Assembly (NCBI GenBank): GCA_963674865.2 | Contig: CAXXYE010000009.1 | Location: 832,001-896,000, forward strand | DNA: 64,000 nt | Reading direction: 5' to 3' | Source: Candidatus Hydrogenedentota bacterium | GTDB lineage: Bacteria > Hydrogenedentota > Hydrogenedentia > Hydrogenedentales > SLHB01 | In this document: in pieces, positions 1 to 9,404 of the stretch | How the letters are laid out: each line of letters starts with the position of its first letter | Numbering within the stretch: the first letter of the stretch is position 1 | Translations under genes and position numbers: made by a program | The notes under the pieces: model-generated | What the model was told of the DNA's origin: nothing | Databases searched by the model: none | The model's input: the letters and a program-made list of their open reading frames with translations, nothing else

Positions 1-747
1 GTGCGTGGAGTCAACCTGCTCATTCCGCACGCCTTCTACTACTCCCTGCGGGGCGAGCGCCGGAACGAGCGCCCGCCGGACGTCGGCCCTAACAGCGCGT
101 GGTGGGAGAGTTACGAGGACTACGCCGACTACTGCCGCCGGCTGTGTTGGCTTCTCGCGACGGGCTCCCATGTCTGCCATTTCGCCATCCTCGGCGGGGC
201 GGAGCGGCTGCCTTGGTGCGCCGCTAAGGCGCTGTTCCAATCTCAGCGCGATTTCAACTACCTGGGACGCGATACGCTCCTGAGCGACTGCGCTATTTCG
301 GCCACCGGCGTCGCTATTCGCGATATGGCTTACCGGGGGCTTGTTATTGATGGGCCGGAGTATGTCTCGCCGGAGCTTCTCAGTCGGCTGAAGCCGCTTA
401 TCGACGCGGGCCGCGTGGTGGCTTACGGCGATCCCGTGCCTGAAGTGCCGCAGGTGGCCGCCAACGCAGAGAGTCTCGTCGCCATGCTCGATGGGTGGGG
501 GCCGCCCGACGTGACGGCTTCTCCCAAGGCTCTCGGCCTGCGCTATATCCATGTCCGCCATTCCGACAGCGACCTCTATCTGTTCGCCAATGAGGGGCCC
601 GAGGCTATTGATGTGGATGTCCGCGTCGCCGCCTCCGGCGCCGGCGAATGGTGGGATCCGCAGTCCGCAGCGCTGCTCGAGGATGTGCCGTCCAACCGTC
701 TCGTCCTCGACCCGCTCACGACTCGCGTACTTCGCTTTGCCCGCTGA
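1..747 (+). CDS. C-terminal part of a GH106/alpha-L-rhamnosidase-like glycoside hydrolase (5' truncated by window edge)
   Basis: GVNLLIPHAFYYS...RPP...WW..Y..YADYCRRL and later YLFAN...WWDP segments resemble GH106-type hydrolases; ORF open at position 1. Confidence 0.5.
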   Translation: MRGVNLLIPHAFYYSLRGERRNERPPDVGPNSAWWESYEDYADYCRRLCWLLATGSHVCHFAILGGAERLPWCAAKALFQSQRDFNYLGRDTLLSDCAISATGVAIRDMAYRGLVIDGPEYVSPELLSRLKPLIDAGRVVAYGDPVPEVPQVAANAESLVAMLDGWGPPDVTASPKALGLRYIHVRHSDSDLYLFANEGPEAIDVDVRVAASGAGEWWDPQSAALLEDVPSNRLVLDPLTTRVLRFAR

Positions 748-855
748 CGCATGCCGGCCAACCGACAAAGCGATAGTGCAGGTCGCAATCCCACTCCGCT
801 GCGTGGTAGATTGCCGCGTCCCAGAAGTGGTTTGGAATGACATGGAGGAGAGCCA

Positions 856-1689
856 ATGACTGCGGGGAGTCCTTTGAATCCGGGCGATAAGTGGCCTGAG
901 AAGGCCTACAAGAATTCCGAGTTCCTTGCCAGTCACGATGCACGGCCCATCCGGGTGCTGTGTGAATTCCTTGAGCCGGAGCGCCGGTTCCGCGAACTCG
1001 GGGTGAAGAGCACGATTGTCTTCTTCGGGTCGGCCCGCACGCTGCCGCACGAAACGGCCAAGCACCGGCTGAAAGCGGCGCGTGAAGACCTCAAGCGTGC
1101 TTCAGAGGCGTCTCTCAAACTCGAGCAGGCCGTTGACAAGGCCGAATGCGCCTTGCGCCTTTCCCGGTACTATGAGGACGCAACCGTCCTGGCCGAGAAA
1201 CTCACGCGCTGGTGGCTGTCGCGCCCCAAGGATGCTTGCGTCATTTGCTCGGGAGGGGGGCCGGGAATCATGGAGGCGGCCAACCTCGGCGCGGCGCAAG
1301 CCGGCGGGCCGTCAGCGGGACTGAACATCAGCCTGCCCTTCGAGCAAGTACCCAACACGTACCAGACACGGGAGTTGTCCTTCGAGTTCCATTACTTCTT
1401 TATCCGGAAGTTCTGGTTTGTCTATCTCGCGAAGGCGCTCGTCGTGTTCCCCGGCGGCTTTGGGACGTTTGATGAGCTGTTCGAGCTGCTGACACTCACC
1501 CAAACGGGCAAGCTGGGCAAGCGTGTGCCTATCGTCATCTATGGAACGGAGTATTGGAATGACGTGATCGACTTCGACGCGATGGCGCGCTGGGGGATGA
1601 TAAGCGAGGAGGACTTGAAGCTATTCCGCTTCTGCGATGATGTCGATACGGCTTTCGACTATCTGACAAAGGAACTGGACAAAACGTAG
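856..1689 (+). CDS. LOG family protein (TIGR00730-type nucleotide monophosphate nucleosidase)
   Basis: VFFGSAR, SGGGPGIMEAAN, FFIRK and PGGFGTFDE motifs; GGAGG RBS. Confidence 0.9.
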   Translation: MTAGSPLNPGDKWPEKAYKNSEFLASHDARPIRVLCEFLEPERRFRELGVKSTIVFFGSARTLPHETAKHRLKAAREDLKRASEASLKLEQAVDKAECALRLSRYYEDATVLAEKLTRWWLSRPKDACVICSGGGPGIMEAANLGAAQAGGPSAGLNISLPFEQVPNTYQTRELSFEFHYFFIRKFWFVYLAKALVVFPGGFGTFDELFELLTLTQTGKLGKRVPIVIYGTEYWNDVIDFDAMARWGMISEEDLKLFRFCDDVDTAFDYLTKELDKT

Positions 1690-1710
1690 TTTTTGGGCCG
1701 GGCTCCCGGA

Positions 1711-3225
1711 CTACGTGAAGTGCCGTTCGAGGAACGCCAGGTCAAGCTGTGGGTAGAGGGGGAACTTGTCGAGAAGCGCCTGCACCCGCGCCCTTGCCTC
1801 TTCAGTGGCTCTTTGGCCGATCTCGTAGCGCGCCCGGCTCGGCTGCCCCGCCCTCGGGCCCGAGTCGACGAGCCGCGGCGTCGTATGTGCAAGCACGTGC
1901 TTGAGTAACGATGCGATCTCACTCATCTCCTCGGCGCCCATGCCAAGGGTGGTTATCGCGGGCGTGCCGATGCGCATTCCGCTCGTATACCAGGGGCCAT
2001 TGGGGTCGCCGGGCAACGAGTTGAAGTTTAGGGTGATGCCGCATTCGTGCATCGCGCCCGCCGCCTGTCGTCCCGTCAATCCGAAACCGCGCACGTCGAT
2101 GAGAAGCAGGTGATTGTCCGTGCCGCCGGTAACTACGTCCAGCCCTTCGCTTAGGCACGCCTCGGCGAGGACGCGCGCATTACGCACGATGGCCTGGGCG
2201 TATGTCTTGAACTCGGGCCGGTTGGCCTCGGTGAAGGCGACAGCCTTGGCGGCGATGACGTGGGGCAAAGGCCCGCCGATGACGAGCGGACAGCCTTTGT
2301 CGACGAATTCCGCGAACTCGCTGGTGCATAGCACGATCCCGCCCCGGGGGCCCCGGAGCGTCTTGTGGGTGGTCGATGTAACGACGTGCGCGTATGGAAT
2401 GGGATTGCTCGTGCCTTCGAAGACGCCCCCGGCGACAAGTCCGGCGAAGTGGGCCATATCGACCATGAACACGGCGCCTGCCTTGTCCGCGATTGCGCGC
2501 AGGCGCTCGAAGTCGATGGCCCGGGGATAGGCGCTGTAGCCGGCAAGAAAAATGAGCGGCTTGATATCGAGCACCATGCGCTCGAGTTCGTCATAGTCGA
2601 GAAGGCCCGTCTCGGAATTGACGCCGTAACTGTACGCATCGAACATTCTGGCGGACACATTGCGCCGGTAGCCGTGCGTCAGGTGACCTCCCGAGTAATA
2701 GTCCATGCCTAGGAGCCGTTGGTTGCCCATGGCGTGACGGAGCTTTTCCCAGTCCTCACGGGATAGGGCGGCGGGGTCCTTCGTGCCGAGTTCGGCCATA
2801 GCCGGTGTCTCGACACGCGCCCCCAGGATGGCCCAGTAGGCGATGAGGTTGGCGTCGGCCCCGCTGTGAGGCTGGACATAGGCGTGGTCGCATTTGAACA
2901 GCTTCCGCGCCTCTTCGCAGGCGTAGGCCTCGACGTCGTCGATGTTCTCGCAGCCTTCATAAAACCGGTGGCCGGGAAAGCCCTCTGCGTACTTGTCCGT
3001 CAACAGGTTGCCCATGGCAAGTTGGGCGGCAAGGGAGGAGTAATTCTCGCTGGCAATGAGCTTAAGGTGGCTGCGCTGGTCGGCGAACTCGTGGACGATG
3101 GCTCGCGCGACTTTGGGAGCTGTTTTCGCGACCTCCGTCAGGCTGGCGATGAGTCCCAACGCGCCGGCATCGGCTTCGGCGGGGGAGATACTGGCGAGGT
3201 ACGCGGCAATGGCGTTGTTACACAC
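1711..3225 (-). CDS. glyA: Serine hydroxymethyltransferase (long, insert-containing type)
   Basis: LIASEN, KYAEG, QPHSGADAN, GGHLTHG, DMAHFAGL and TTHKTLRGPRGG (PLP lysine); AAGGAGG before GTG start. Confidence 0.97.
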   Translation of the reverse strand: MCNNAIAAYLASISPAEADAGALGLIASLTEVAKTAPKVARAIVHEFADQRSHLKLIASENYSSLAAQLAMGNLLTDKYAEGFPGHRFYEGCENIDDVEAYACEEARKLFKCDHAYVQPHSGADANLIAYWAILGARVETPAMAELGTKDPAALSREDWEKLRHAMGNQRLLGMDYYSGGHLTHGYRRNVSARMFDAYSYGVNSETGLLDYDELERMVLDIKPLIFLAGYSAYPRAIDFERLRAIADKAGAVFMVDMAHFAGLVAGGVFEGTSNPIPYAHVVTSTTHKTLRGPRGGIVLCTSEFAEFVDKGCPLVIGGPLPHVIAAKAVAFTEANRPEFKTYAQAIVRNARVLAEACLSEGLDVVTGGTDNHLLLIDVRGFGLTGRQAAGAMHECGITLNFNSLPGDPNGPWYTSGMRIGTPAITTLGMGAEEMSEIASLLKHVLAHTTPRLVDSGPRAGQPSRARYEIGQRATEEARARVQALLDKFPLYPQLDLAFLERHFT

Positions 3226-3377
3226 AGGTTGCCTCCTTGAGACCTTGGTACGGTAGAGGCGCTTATGGTAATGATTTCACCGGGAGGGATCAAAGGCAGC
3301 GCCGGGCTCGGAACGACGAGTGAATAGCGTCTTCCGAGGTCTTTGGGGCCGCGCGTGAACATTTGCCGAGGCGATTT

Positions 3378-3386
3378 TGCTATAAT
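3378..3386 (+). promoter_or_regulatory. Extended -10 promoter element (TGcTATAAT) upstream of the E1 dehydrogenase gene
   Basis: Perfect TATAAT at 3381-3386 with TG at 3378-3379 in the glyA/E1 divergent intergenic region; no clear -35. Confidence 0.55.
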
Positions 3387-3652
3387 GCGCGCGTTCTTGA
3401 CGCAGAGGCCCCGGTGGCCGGGTTGCCGATTGTGCCGCGCGTCAAGTCATTGGAAACAAAGACACTGTCGAAAAGGTTGGCCTCACCCATCCGGTGAATC
3501 GCTTTCGGAAGGCGGCGTCGTATCCAAGTGCCGTGTGCGCGGCACCGTTGAGTCATCCGGCGATTGCGGAGAGGCGCTTATCCTCCTGCCGATTCACGGC
3601 ATTTCTCTGAATCAGGCGTATTATTCGAGATAGACAAGGAAGGCACGAAGTC

Positions 3653-6193
3653 ATGACGAAGCGGCTCATGGTGGTTCCCGAGGAAGTCCGGAAATCCGGT
3701 GCGATTGAACTTGGGAGCATCCCCGTTAACACCTATCAGCGTACTCTGTCCGAGGAACTTGCAGAGAACGCCGATCTCACCGGCGCCCGGTGTCTGCGCG
3801 TCTACCGGGATATGGTGCTCATCCGCGAGTTCGAGACAATGCTCGATCAGATCAAGAAGCTCGGGGCGTACCAGGGCATCGAATACAAACACCTCGGCCC
3901 GGCCCATCTCTCGATTGGGCAGGAGGGCGCGGCCGTGGGCGAGTGCTTCCACCTGAACGTCGAGGATCACATCTACGGGAGCCATCGAAGCCACGGTGAG
4001 ATCATCGCCAAGGGTCTTCGGGCCGTGGACGAACTCAAGGGAGATCGCCTCACCGAGATCATGACAAGCTATTTCGACGGCGTCATCCTGCGCGCCGTCG
4101 AGGGGCGCGAAGCCGGGGAGCCGTTGAAGGCCGCGTATATGGACGGAGGTAAGAAGGGCGTTTTCGCGACGGATGAGGAGGAGGAATTGGGCATCGATTT
4201 CCTCCTTTACGGCCTGCTCGGAGAGATATTCGGACGGGAAACCGGTTTTAATCGCGGTATGGGCGGCTCGATGCACGCGTTCTTCACGCCCTTCGGCATC
4301 TATCCGAATAACGCGATCGTTGGCGGTAGCGGGGACATCGCCACTGGCGCGGCGCTGTTCAAGAAGATACGGAGGCAATCCGGGATCGCCGTCGCGAATA
4401 TCGGCGACGCATCGCTGGGGTGCGGCCCCGTGTGGGAGGGCCTTGGATTTGCAGCGATGGGCCAGTTCTCCAACCTGTGGGACGAGGATTTCCACGGCGG
4501 GCTGCCAATCATCTACAACATCATGAACAACTTCTACGGTATGGGCGGGCAGCCTATCGGGGAAACGATGGGCTTCGACCGCGTTGCCCGGATCGGCGCG
4601 GGCGTCAATCCGGACAACATGCACGCCGAATGCGTGGACGGCAATAATCCGTTGAGTCTTGCCGAGGCGTACAAGCGCAAGAAGCAGACTATCGCGGAAG
4701 GCGGCGGCCCCGTCTTGCTGGAGGTAGTATGCTATCGCCAGACGGGCCATTCGCCAAGCGATCAGTCTTCCTATCGCGAACGCGAAGAGATCGATATGTG
4801 GCGTGAGGTGGATCCCATCACAGAGTTCGGCGAGAAGCTCGTATCCGCAGGCGTCGCGACGCAGGACGTCCTCGATACTGTAGGCGCCTATGCGCAGCGG
4901 AAGGTGGCAAAGGCATGCAAACTGGCCACCGACCTGAGCGTCTCCCCCCGCATGGCGCTTGGCTCGGAAGCCGGCCTGGCCACGTTCATGTTCTCGAACG
5001 CGCCGGAGGAGGAACTGCCGGGCCTCGAGCGCGAGGACGACGTCCTGATCTCCATGGAGGAGATTCCGCGCGTCAAGCAGCTCGCGAAGAAGTCGCGCTA
5101 CGGCTTGGATGCGGCGGGGGCCGTGCTCAAGGAATCCAAGGCCGTCAGTTTCCGCGACGCCATCTTCGAGTCCATCTTGCACCATTTCTATCGCGACTCG
5201 CGGCTGGCCGCCTGGGGCGAGGAGAATCGAGACTGGGGCGGGGCCTTTGCCGTGTACCGCGGCCTCACCGAGGCGCTGCCGTACCATCGCTTGTTCAACT
5301 CCCCGATCTCCGAAGGCGCCATCGTGGGCACGGCAGTTGGCTATGCCCTCGAGGGCGGCCGCGCCCTCGCCGAGCTTATGTACTGTGACTTCATGGGCCG
5401 CGCCGGCGACGAGGTCTTCAATCAACTGCCGAAGTGGCAGGCTATGTCCGGCGGCTACTGCAAGATGCCCGTTGTCCTGCGCGTATCAGTGGGCAATAAG
5501 TACGGCGCGCAGCACTCACAAGACTGGACGGCGTTGACGGCGCACGTGCCCGGACTCAAGGTCGTGTTCCCGGCCACGCCTTACAGCGCCAAGGGGCTCA
5601 TGGCCTCGGCCCTGCGCGGGAGCGATCCTGTCGTGTTTTTTGAGAGCCAGCCCATCTACGATGTGACGGAGATCTTCCACGCGGGCGGTGTGCCCGAGGA
5701 GTACTACACGGTGCCCATCGGCGTGCCGGAGGTGCTCAAGGAAGGCAAAGATCTGACTATCCTAACCTACGGCGCGACGCTCTACCGGGCATGGGAAGCC
5801 GCGCAGCGCCTTGAGGGCGAGTTCGGGCTTTCCGTTGAACTCATTGACGGGCAGAGTCTTGTGCCTTTCGACTACGAGATTCTCATCAACTCGGTGAAGA
5901 AGACCGGCAAGGTCATCCTCGCCAGCGACGCTTGCGAGCGGGGCAGTTACCTGCACACCATCGCGGGGCAACTCACCCAGATGGCCTTCGATCATCTGGA
6001 CGCCCCCGTCTGCGTGCTCGGCGCGCACAACTGGATTGTGCCCCCGGCCGAAATGGAAGATGAGTACTTCCCGCAGCCGCACTGGTTCCTGGACGCCTAT
6101 CACACCCAGATCAAGCCGTTGCCGGGCTATGAGCCGCAAACGGATCGCTCCGAGGCGGCGATGTTGCGGCTGTCGAAATACGGCGTGCTCTAA
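3653..6193 (+). CDS. Fused alpha/beta 2-oxoacid dehydrogenase E1 (TPP-dependent)
   Basis: HLSIGQE, SHRSHG, GMGGSMH, IGDAS...NN TPP motif, YRQTGHS; beta half with SPISE, AELMY.DF and GAQHSQ. Confidence 0.9.
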   Translation: MTKRLMVVPEEVRKSGAIELGSIPVNTYQRTLSEELAENADLTGARCLRVYRDMVLIREFETMLDQIKKLGAYQGIEYKHLGPAHLSIGQEGAAVGECFHLNVEDHIYGSHRSHGEIIAKGLRAVDELKGDRLTEIMTSYFDGVILRAVEGREAGEPLKAAYMDGGKKGVFATDEEEELGIDFLLYGLLGEIFGRETGFNRGMGGSMHAFFTPFGIYPNNAIVGGSGDIATGAALFKKIRRQSGIAVANIGDASLGCGPVWEGLGFAAMGQFSNLWDEDFHGGLPIIYNIMNNFYGMGGQPIGETMGFDRVARIGAGVNPDNMHAECVDGNNPLSLAEAYKRKKQTIAEGGGPVLLEVVCYRQTGHSPSDQSSYREREEIDMWREVDPITEFGEKLVSAGVATQDVLDTVGAYAQRKVAKACKLATDLSVSPRMALGSEAGLATFMFSNAPEEELPGLEREDDVLISMEEIPRVKQLAKKSRYGLDAAGAVLKESKAVSFRDAIFESILHHFYRDSRLAAWGEENRDWGGAFAVYRGLTEALPYHRLFNSPISEGAIVGTAVGYALEGGRALAELMYCDFMGRAGDEVFNQLPKWQAMSGGYCKMPVVLRVSVGNKYGAQHSQDWTALTAHVPGLKVVFPATPYSAKGLMASALRGSDPVVFFESQPIYDVTEIFHAGGVPEEYYTVPIGVPEVLKEGKDLTILTYGATLYRAWEAAQRLEGEFGLSVELIDGQSLVPFDYEILINSVKKTGKVILASDACERGSYLHTIAGQLTQMAFDHLDAPVCVLGAHNWIVPPAEMEDEYFPQPHWFLDAYHTQIKPLPGYEPQTDRSEAAMLRLSKYGVL

Positions 6194-6196
6194 CTG

Positions 6197-6955
6197 TTAG
6201 ACGGAGAGCTTCTTCCAGTAGAGGCCCGAAAGCGGGATGCCGGAGGCCATACGCCCAAAGCGGTGGTAGCGGGCTTCCAACAGCTCCGCACCGCCGTTTG
6301 TCTCCCAGTCGACGGGCGCACAGGCCAGGTGTTCCCCTTGATCGCTCCAAGGCGCCTCGAGAATCAGTACGCCTCCGCTTTTCAGCCTCCTGTCGAGCAG
6401 CCGGAAGGTGTCCGAGGGCGTCCGCAGGTGCTCGAGCACATCGATGCAGAGGATGAGGTCCAGGCTGTTATCGGCGATGTCACGGAGGTCGACGGAGACG
6501 AGGCGAACGTCCTTGTCCTGGCGCTTATCGATCCGGTACTTCACGAACTCGCGCGGCAAGTTGTCCATATCCGCCAGGAATAACCGCGAACGCGGCGCGA
6601 AATCGGCCCGCCAAGCGAGAGAGAGCGCCGCTGTCCCGCAGCCGAAATCCAACAGATTCCCCGCGAAAGTGTATGGCGGGGCAACAACCAGCATCAGCGC
6701 CGCTACGATATAGTCGCGTGTGAATTGATCCAGAATGTTAGTTGGGATGTTTGCCGCGCCTGCTCGCCCGTTCCATGTGTGGTAGAAGGGCTCTGGTTCG
6801 GCGGGGTCGAATGTCGAGGCGACATGGGCCGACCACTCCCCGGCCAGCGCGTTCATCTCCTCCCAGGTATCGCAGAATCCTCGCGCCCGGAGGAATTCGA
6901 GCGCATCCGCCAGGCAGGCTTGCCGCGCCTCATCGATCCATGCTCGTATGCTCAT
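6197..6955 (-). CDS. Class I SAM-dependent methyltransferase
   Basis: LLDFGCGTA motif I, DLILCIDVLEHL, LKSGG; start reassigned to ATG at 6955 (GAGGA upstream). Confidence 0.8.
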   Translation of the reverse strand: MSIRAWIDEARQACLADALEFLRARGFCDTWEEMNALAGEWSAHVASTFDPAEPEPFYHTWNGRAGAANIPTNILDQFTRDYIVAALMLVVAPPYTFAGNLLDFGCGTAALSLAWRADFAPRSRLFLADMDNLPREFVKYRIDKRQDKDVRLVSVDLRDIADNSLDLILCIDVLEHLRTPSDTFRLLDRRLKSGGVLILEAPWSDQGEHLACAPVDWETNGGAELLEARYHRFGRMASGIPLSGLYWKKLSV

Positions 6956-7100
6956 AGAGCCGTCCTCTTCGCTACCGCTGAGAGTATGCGCAAGAACCAC
7001 GTGGATTGACAAGGAGCGGCCCGGTGCCCTTTTCCTCACCTTGCCACCTGTGGCAGAATGCCGCGTGCGAAGGGGCGGATTGTGATGATAGGAGGCTGAT

Positions 7101-8033
7101 ATGGATCGAAGGGCATTTCTCCGAAGCGGCGCCGGGGCCGGCCTCGCGCTGGCGGCGAGTTGTACACATGCGAAGCCGGTGGCGCGCTATCAGGGGGGCG
7201 TCAGCCCTTGGCCCATCGTCCTCAACACGAGCACCATTCGGCCCGCGTCGCTGCGGGACAAGATCAATGCCGCCGCTGAAGCCGGCTACGACGGCATCGA
7301 GCCGTGGGTCGAAGATCTCGAGAAGTACGAAGCCGAAGGCGGCGATCTCAACGCTTTGGGCCGGCAGATCCGCGACAAAGGGCTGTTCGTGCCGAATGTG
7401 ATCGGGCTTTGGGAATGCATGCCAGCGGGCGAGGACGCCTGGCAGGCGTCTCTCCCCGCTACGCGGAACCGGATGCGCATGTGCGCCGCCATCGGCTCAC
7501 AGCATGTGGCTGCCATCCCCGCCCCCGATCGGGCCGATTTTGACTTGAAATGGGGCGCGGATCGCTATCGGGATTTGCTCCAAATCGGCCGTGAGGAATA
7601 TGGCCTGGTGGTGGCCTTCGAGTTCGTGGGCTTTTTCAAAGGGGTGCACCGGCTGGGACAGGCCTGCGCCGTGGCCGTTGACGCCTGCGACGCCGACGCA
7701 TGTCTTATCGCCGACACATTCCATCTCTACCGCGGCGGTTCGGGATTCGATGGCCTTTGCCACTTGGACGGCGCCTTCATCGCCAATTTTCATTGGAATG
7801 ATGTTCCCGCGTCGCCGCCCCGCGAGGAACTCGGCGATCAGCACCGCATCTATCCCGGCGATGGTATCTTGCCCCTGCGGCAGGTTCTGGAGTCGCTCAA
7901 GGGCATCGGCTACACGGGGCCGCTGTCGCTGGAGCTGTTCAATCGGGAGCACTGGGAGCAGGATCCGAAGGTGGTGGCGGAAACGGGCCTACGGAAGATC
8001 ATGGGACTCATGGCGCCGGCCGCGCGCACGTGA
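7101..8033 (+). CDS. Tat-exported sugar phosphate isomerase/epimerase (xylose isomerase-like TIM barrel)
   Basis: MDRRAFL twin-arginine signal with LAASC lipobox-like end; GYDGIE, EF, DTFH, H.ND, PGDG and GY.GPLSLELF motifs. Confidence 0.85.
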   Translation: MDRRAFLRSGAGAGLALAASCTHAKPVARYQGGVSPWPIVLNTSTIRPASLRDKINAAAEAGYDGIEPWVEDLEKYEAEGGDLNALGRQIRDKGLFVPNVIGLWECMPAGEDAWQASLPATRNRMRMCAAIGSQHVAAIPAPDRADFDLKWGADRYRDLLQIGREEYGLVVAFEFVGFFKGVHRLGQACAVAVDACDADACLIADTFHLYRGGSGFDGLCHLDGAFIANFHWNDVPASPPREELGDQHRIYPGDGILPLRQVLESLKGIGYTGPLSLELFNREHWEQDPKVVAETGLRKIMGLMAPAART

Positions 8034-8088
8034 GGACGCGCGGAGCTACGGCAGCCGCAAGTCTTTGGGAGAAGTCCGGGCGCGGCAC

Positions 8089-8199
8089 TCAGTCCCGTTT
8101 GTCGGGTGGGCCGTCGGAGCCGTCATCGCGCAAGGCCACGACCGCCCAGAGCACGAGCGCCAGCACCAGCAGCCCCATATAGAGATAGTAGTAAATCAT
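8089..8199 (-). CDS. Putative 36-aa single-pass membrane peptide (MIYYYLYMGLLVLALVLWAVVALRDDGSDGPPDKRD)
   Basis: Translated by hand (below the ORF-track cutoff); hydrophobic helix plus polar tail; TTGTTC-17-TATGAT promoter just upstream. Confidence 0.55.
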   Translation of the reverse strand: MIYYYLYMGLLVLALVLWAVVALRDDGSDGPPDKRD

Positions 8200-8211
8200 C
8201 GCGCGACGCGG

Positions 8212-8240
8212 ATCATATCAATCCCGCGCGCCAGGAACAA
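8212..8240 (-). promoter_or_regulatory. Sigma70-type promoter for the small ORF
   Basis: Minus strand TTGTTC (8240-8235), 17-nt spacer, TATGAT (8217-8212) preceded by TGn. Confidence 0.5.
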
Positions 8241-8313
8241 CCTGGTGGCCGACTTGCCAATCGCGCGGCGCCGCCGGATCATCAGGCAATCATGAGAAAG
8301 GATACCTACAGTC

Positions 8314-9327
8314 ATGGCACTGCGCATAGCGTTCGCGGGATTGGGACACGGGCACATCTTCTCCCTGTACAAGCTGGCCCAAGAGCGGGAAGACCTGGAG
8401 ATTGCGGGGGCGTGTGAGGAGGATGTGGAGACGCGCGAGGGACTTGCCGGGCGGGACGTGCCCGTCACGCACAATGACTACGAGGCCATGCTCTCGGAAG
8501 TCGAGTGCGATGTGATTGCCTGCGGCGGCTACTACGGGCGGCGCGGGCATGACCTGGCGCGGGCGTTGGAGACAGGACACCACGTCATCGCCGACAAACC
8601 GATCTGCACTCGGCTTGCGGACTTGGAGCGGATTGAGGCGTTGGCCCGTGAGAGAAGCCTATGCGTCGGCTGCCAACTGGACCTGCCGAACGGCGCGGTG
8701 TTTCGCACGCTCCGCGAGGTGCTTCAGAACGGCGCCATCGGCGAAGTTCACACCGTATCGTTCTCGGGCCAGCATCCTCTGAACTATGGCAAACGCCCGC
8801 AATGGTATTTCGAGGAGGGAAAGCACGGCGGCACGATTAATGACTTGGCCATCCACGCCATCGATTATATCCCGTGGGCGACGGGCCGCCGCATCGTCGA
8901 GGTTACGGCCGCCCGGGCCTGGAATGCGCGTTTGAAGGAATGTCCCTTTTTCCAGGACGGCGCCCAGATGATGCTCCGGCTCGACAACGACGGCGGGGTG
9001 CTCGGGGATGTCTCCTACTTGACGCCGGAAAGCCACGGCTACGTCTTGCCGGCCTACTGGCGATTCGAGCTATACGGCTCCGAAGGATACGCCGAACTCT
9101 GCAATACGGCGAACACCATCACGGTGTACCACAAGGACGAGAAGGAGCCTCGCAACGTGCCCATCGGCCCGGGCCGCCCCGGTGGCTATCTGGAGGATTT
9201 CCTCAGCGAGATAGGCGGCCGGCCCAATCTCGACGGCTTGCATACGGCACGTGTTCTCGAGAGCAGCCGAATTGTCTTGCAGATCCAAGCTGCGGCGGAC
9301 ACGGGGGTATTTCCTCAATCGCTCTAG
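8314..9327 (+). CDS. Gfo/Idh/MocA family oxidoreductase
   Basis: IAFAGLGHG Rossmann start, ADKP motif, GGTINDLAIHAID. Confidence 0.9.
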   Translation: MALRIAFAGLGHGHIFSLYKLAQEREDLEIAGACEEDVETREGLAGRDVPVTHNDYEAMLSEVECDVIACGGYYGRRGHDLARALETGHHVIADKPICTRLADLERIEALARERSLCVGCQLDLPNGAVFRTLREVLQNGAIGEVHTVSFSGQHPLNYGKRPQWYFEEGKHGGTINDLAIHAIDYIPWATGRRIVEVTAARAWNARLKECPFFQDGAQMMLRLDNDGGVLGDVSYLTPESHGYVLPAYWRFELYGSEGYAELCNTANTITVYHKDEKEPRNVPIGPGRPGGYLEDFLSEIGGRPNLDGLHTARVLESSRIVLQIQAAADTGVFPQSL

Positions 9328-9353
9328 GCCGGTAGGAAGACCCCCATAAGACA

Positions 9354-9380
9354 GTGGCTCGCCGCGAAGCGGCGAGCCAC
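9354..9380. terminator. Hairpin between convergent oxidoreductase genes (likely bidirectional terminator)
   Basis: GTGGCTCGCCGC-GAA-GCGGCGAGCCAC, perfect 12-bp stem; no strong U-tract. Confidence 0.6.
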
Positions 9381-9404
9381 AGGTGCAGTTGCTGGATGGT
9401 TCTT

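Noticed and set aside
3226..3652. Possible ZTP, THF or glycine riboswitch upstream of glyA
   Set aside because: I could not find the conserved aptamer sequences on either strand by eye.
3578..5425. 615-aa antisense ORF over the E1 gene, and similar long shadows (11223-12731, 24116-25288, 29671-31737, 38742-40013, 51243-52517)
   Set aside because: These are antisense or alternate-frame shadows of well-supported genes, expected at high GC, with no recognisable motifs.
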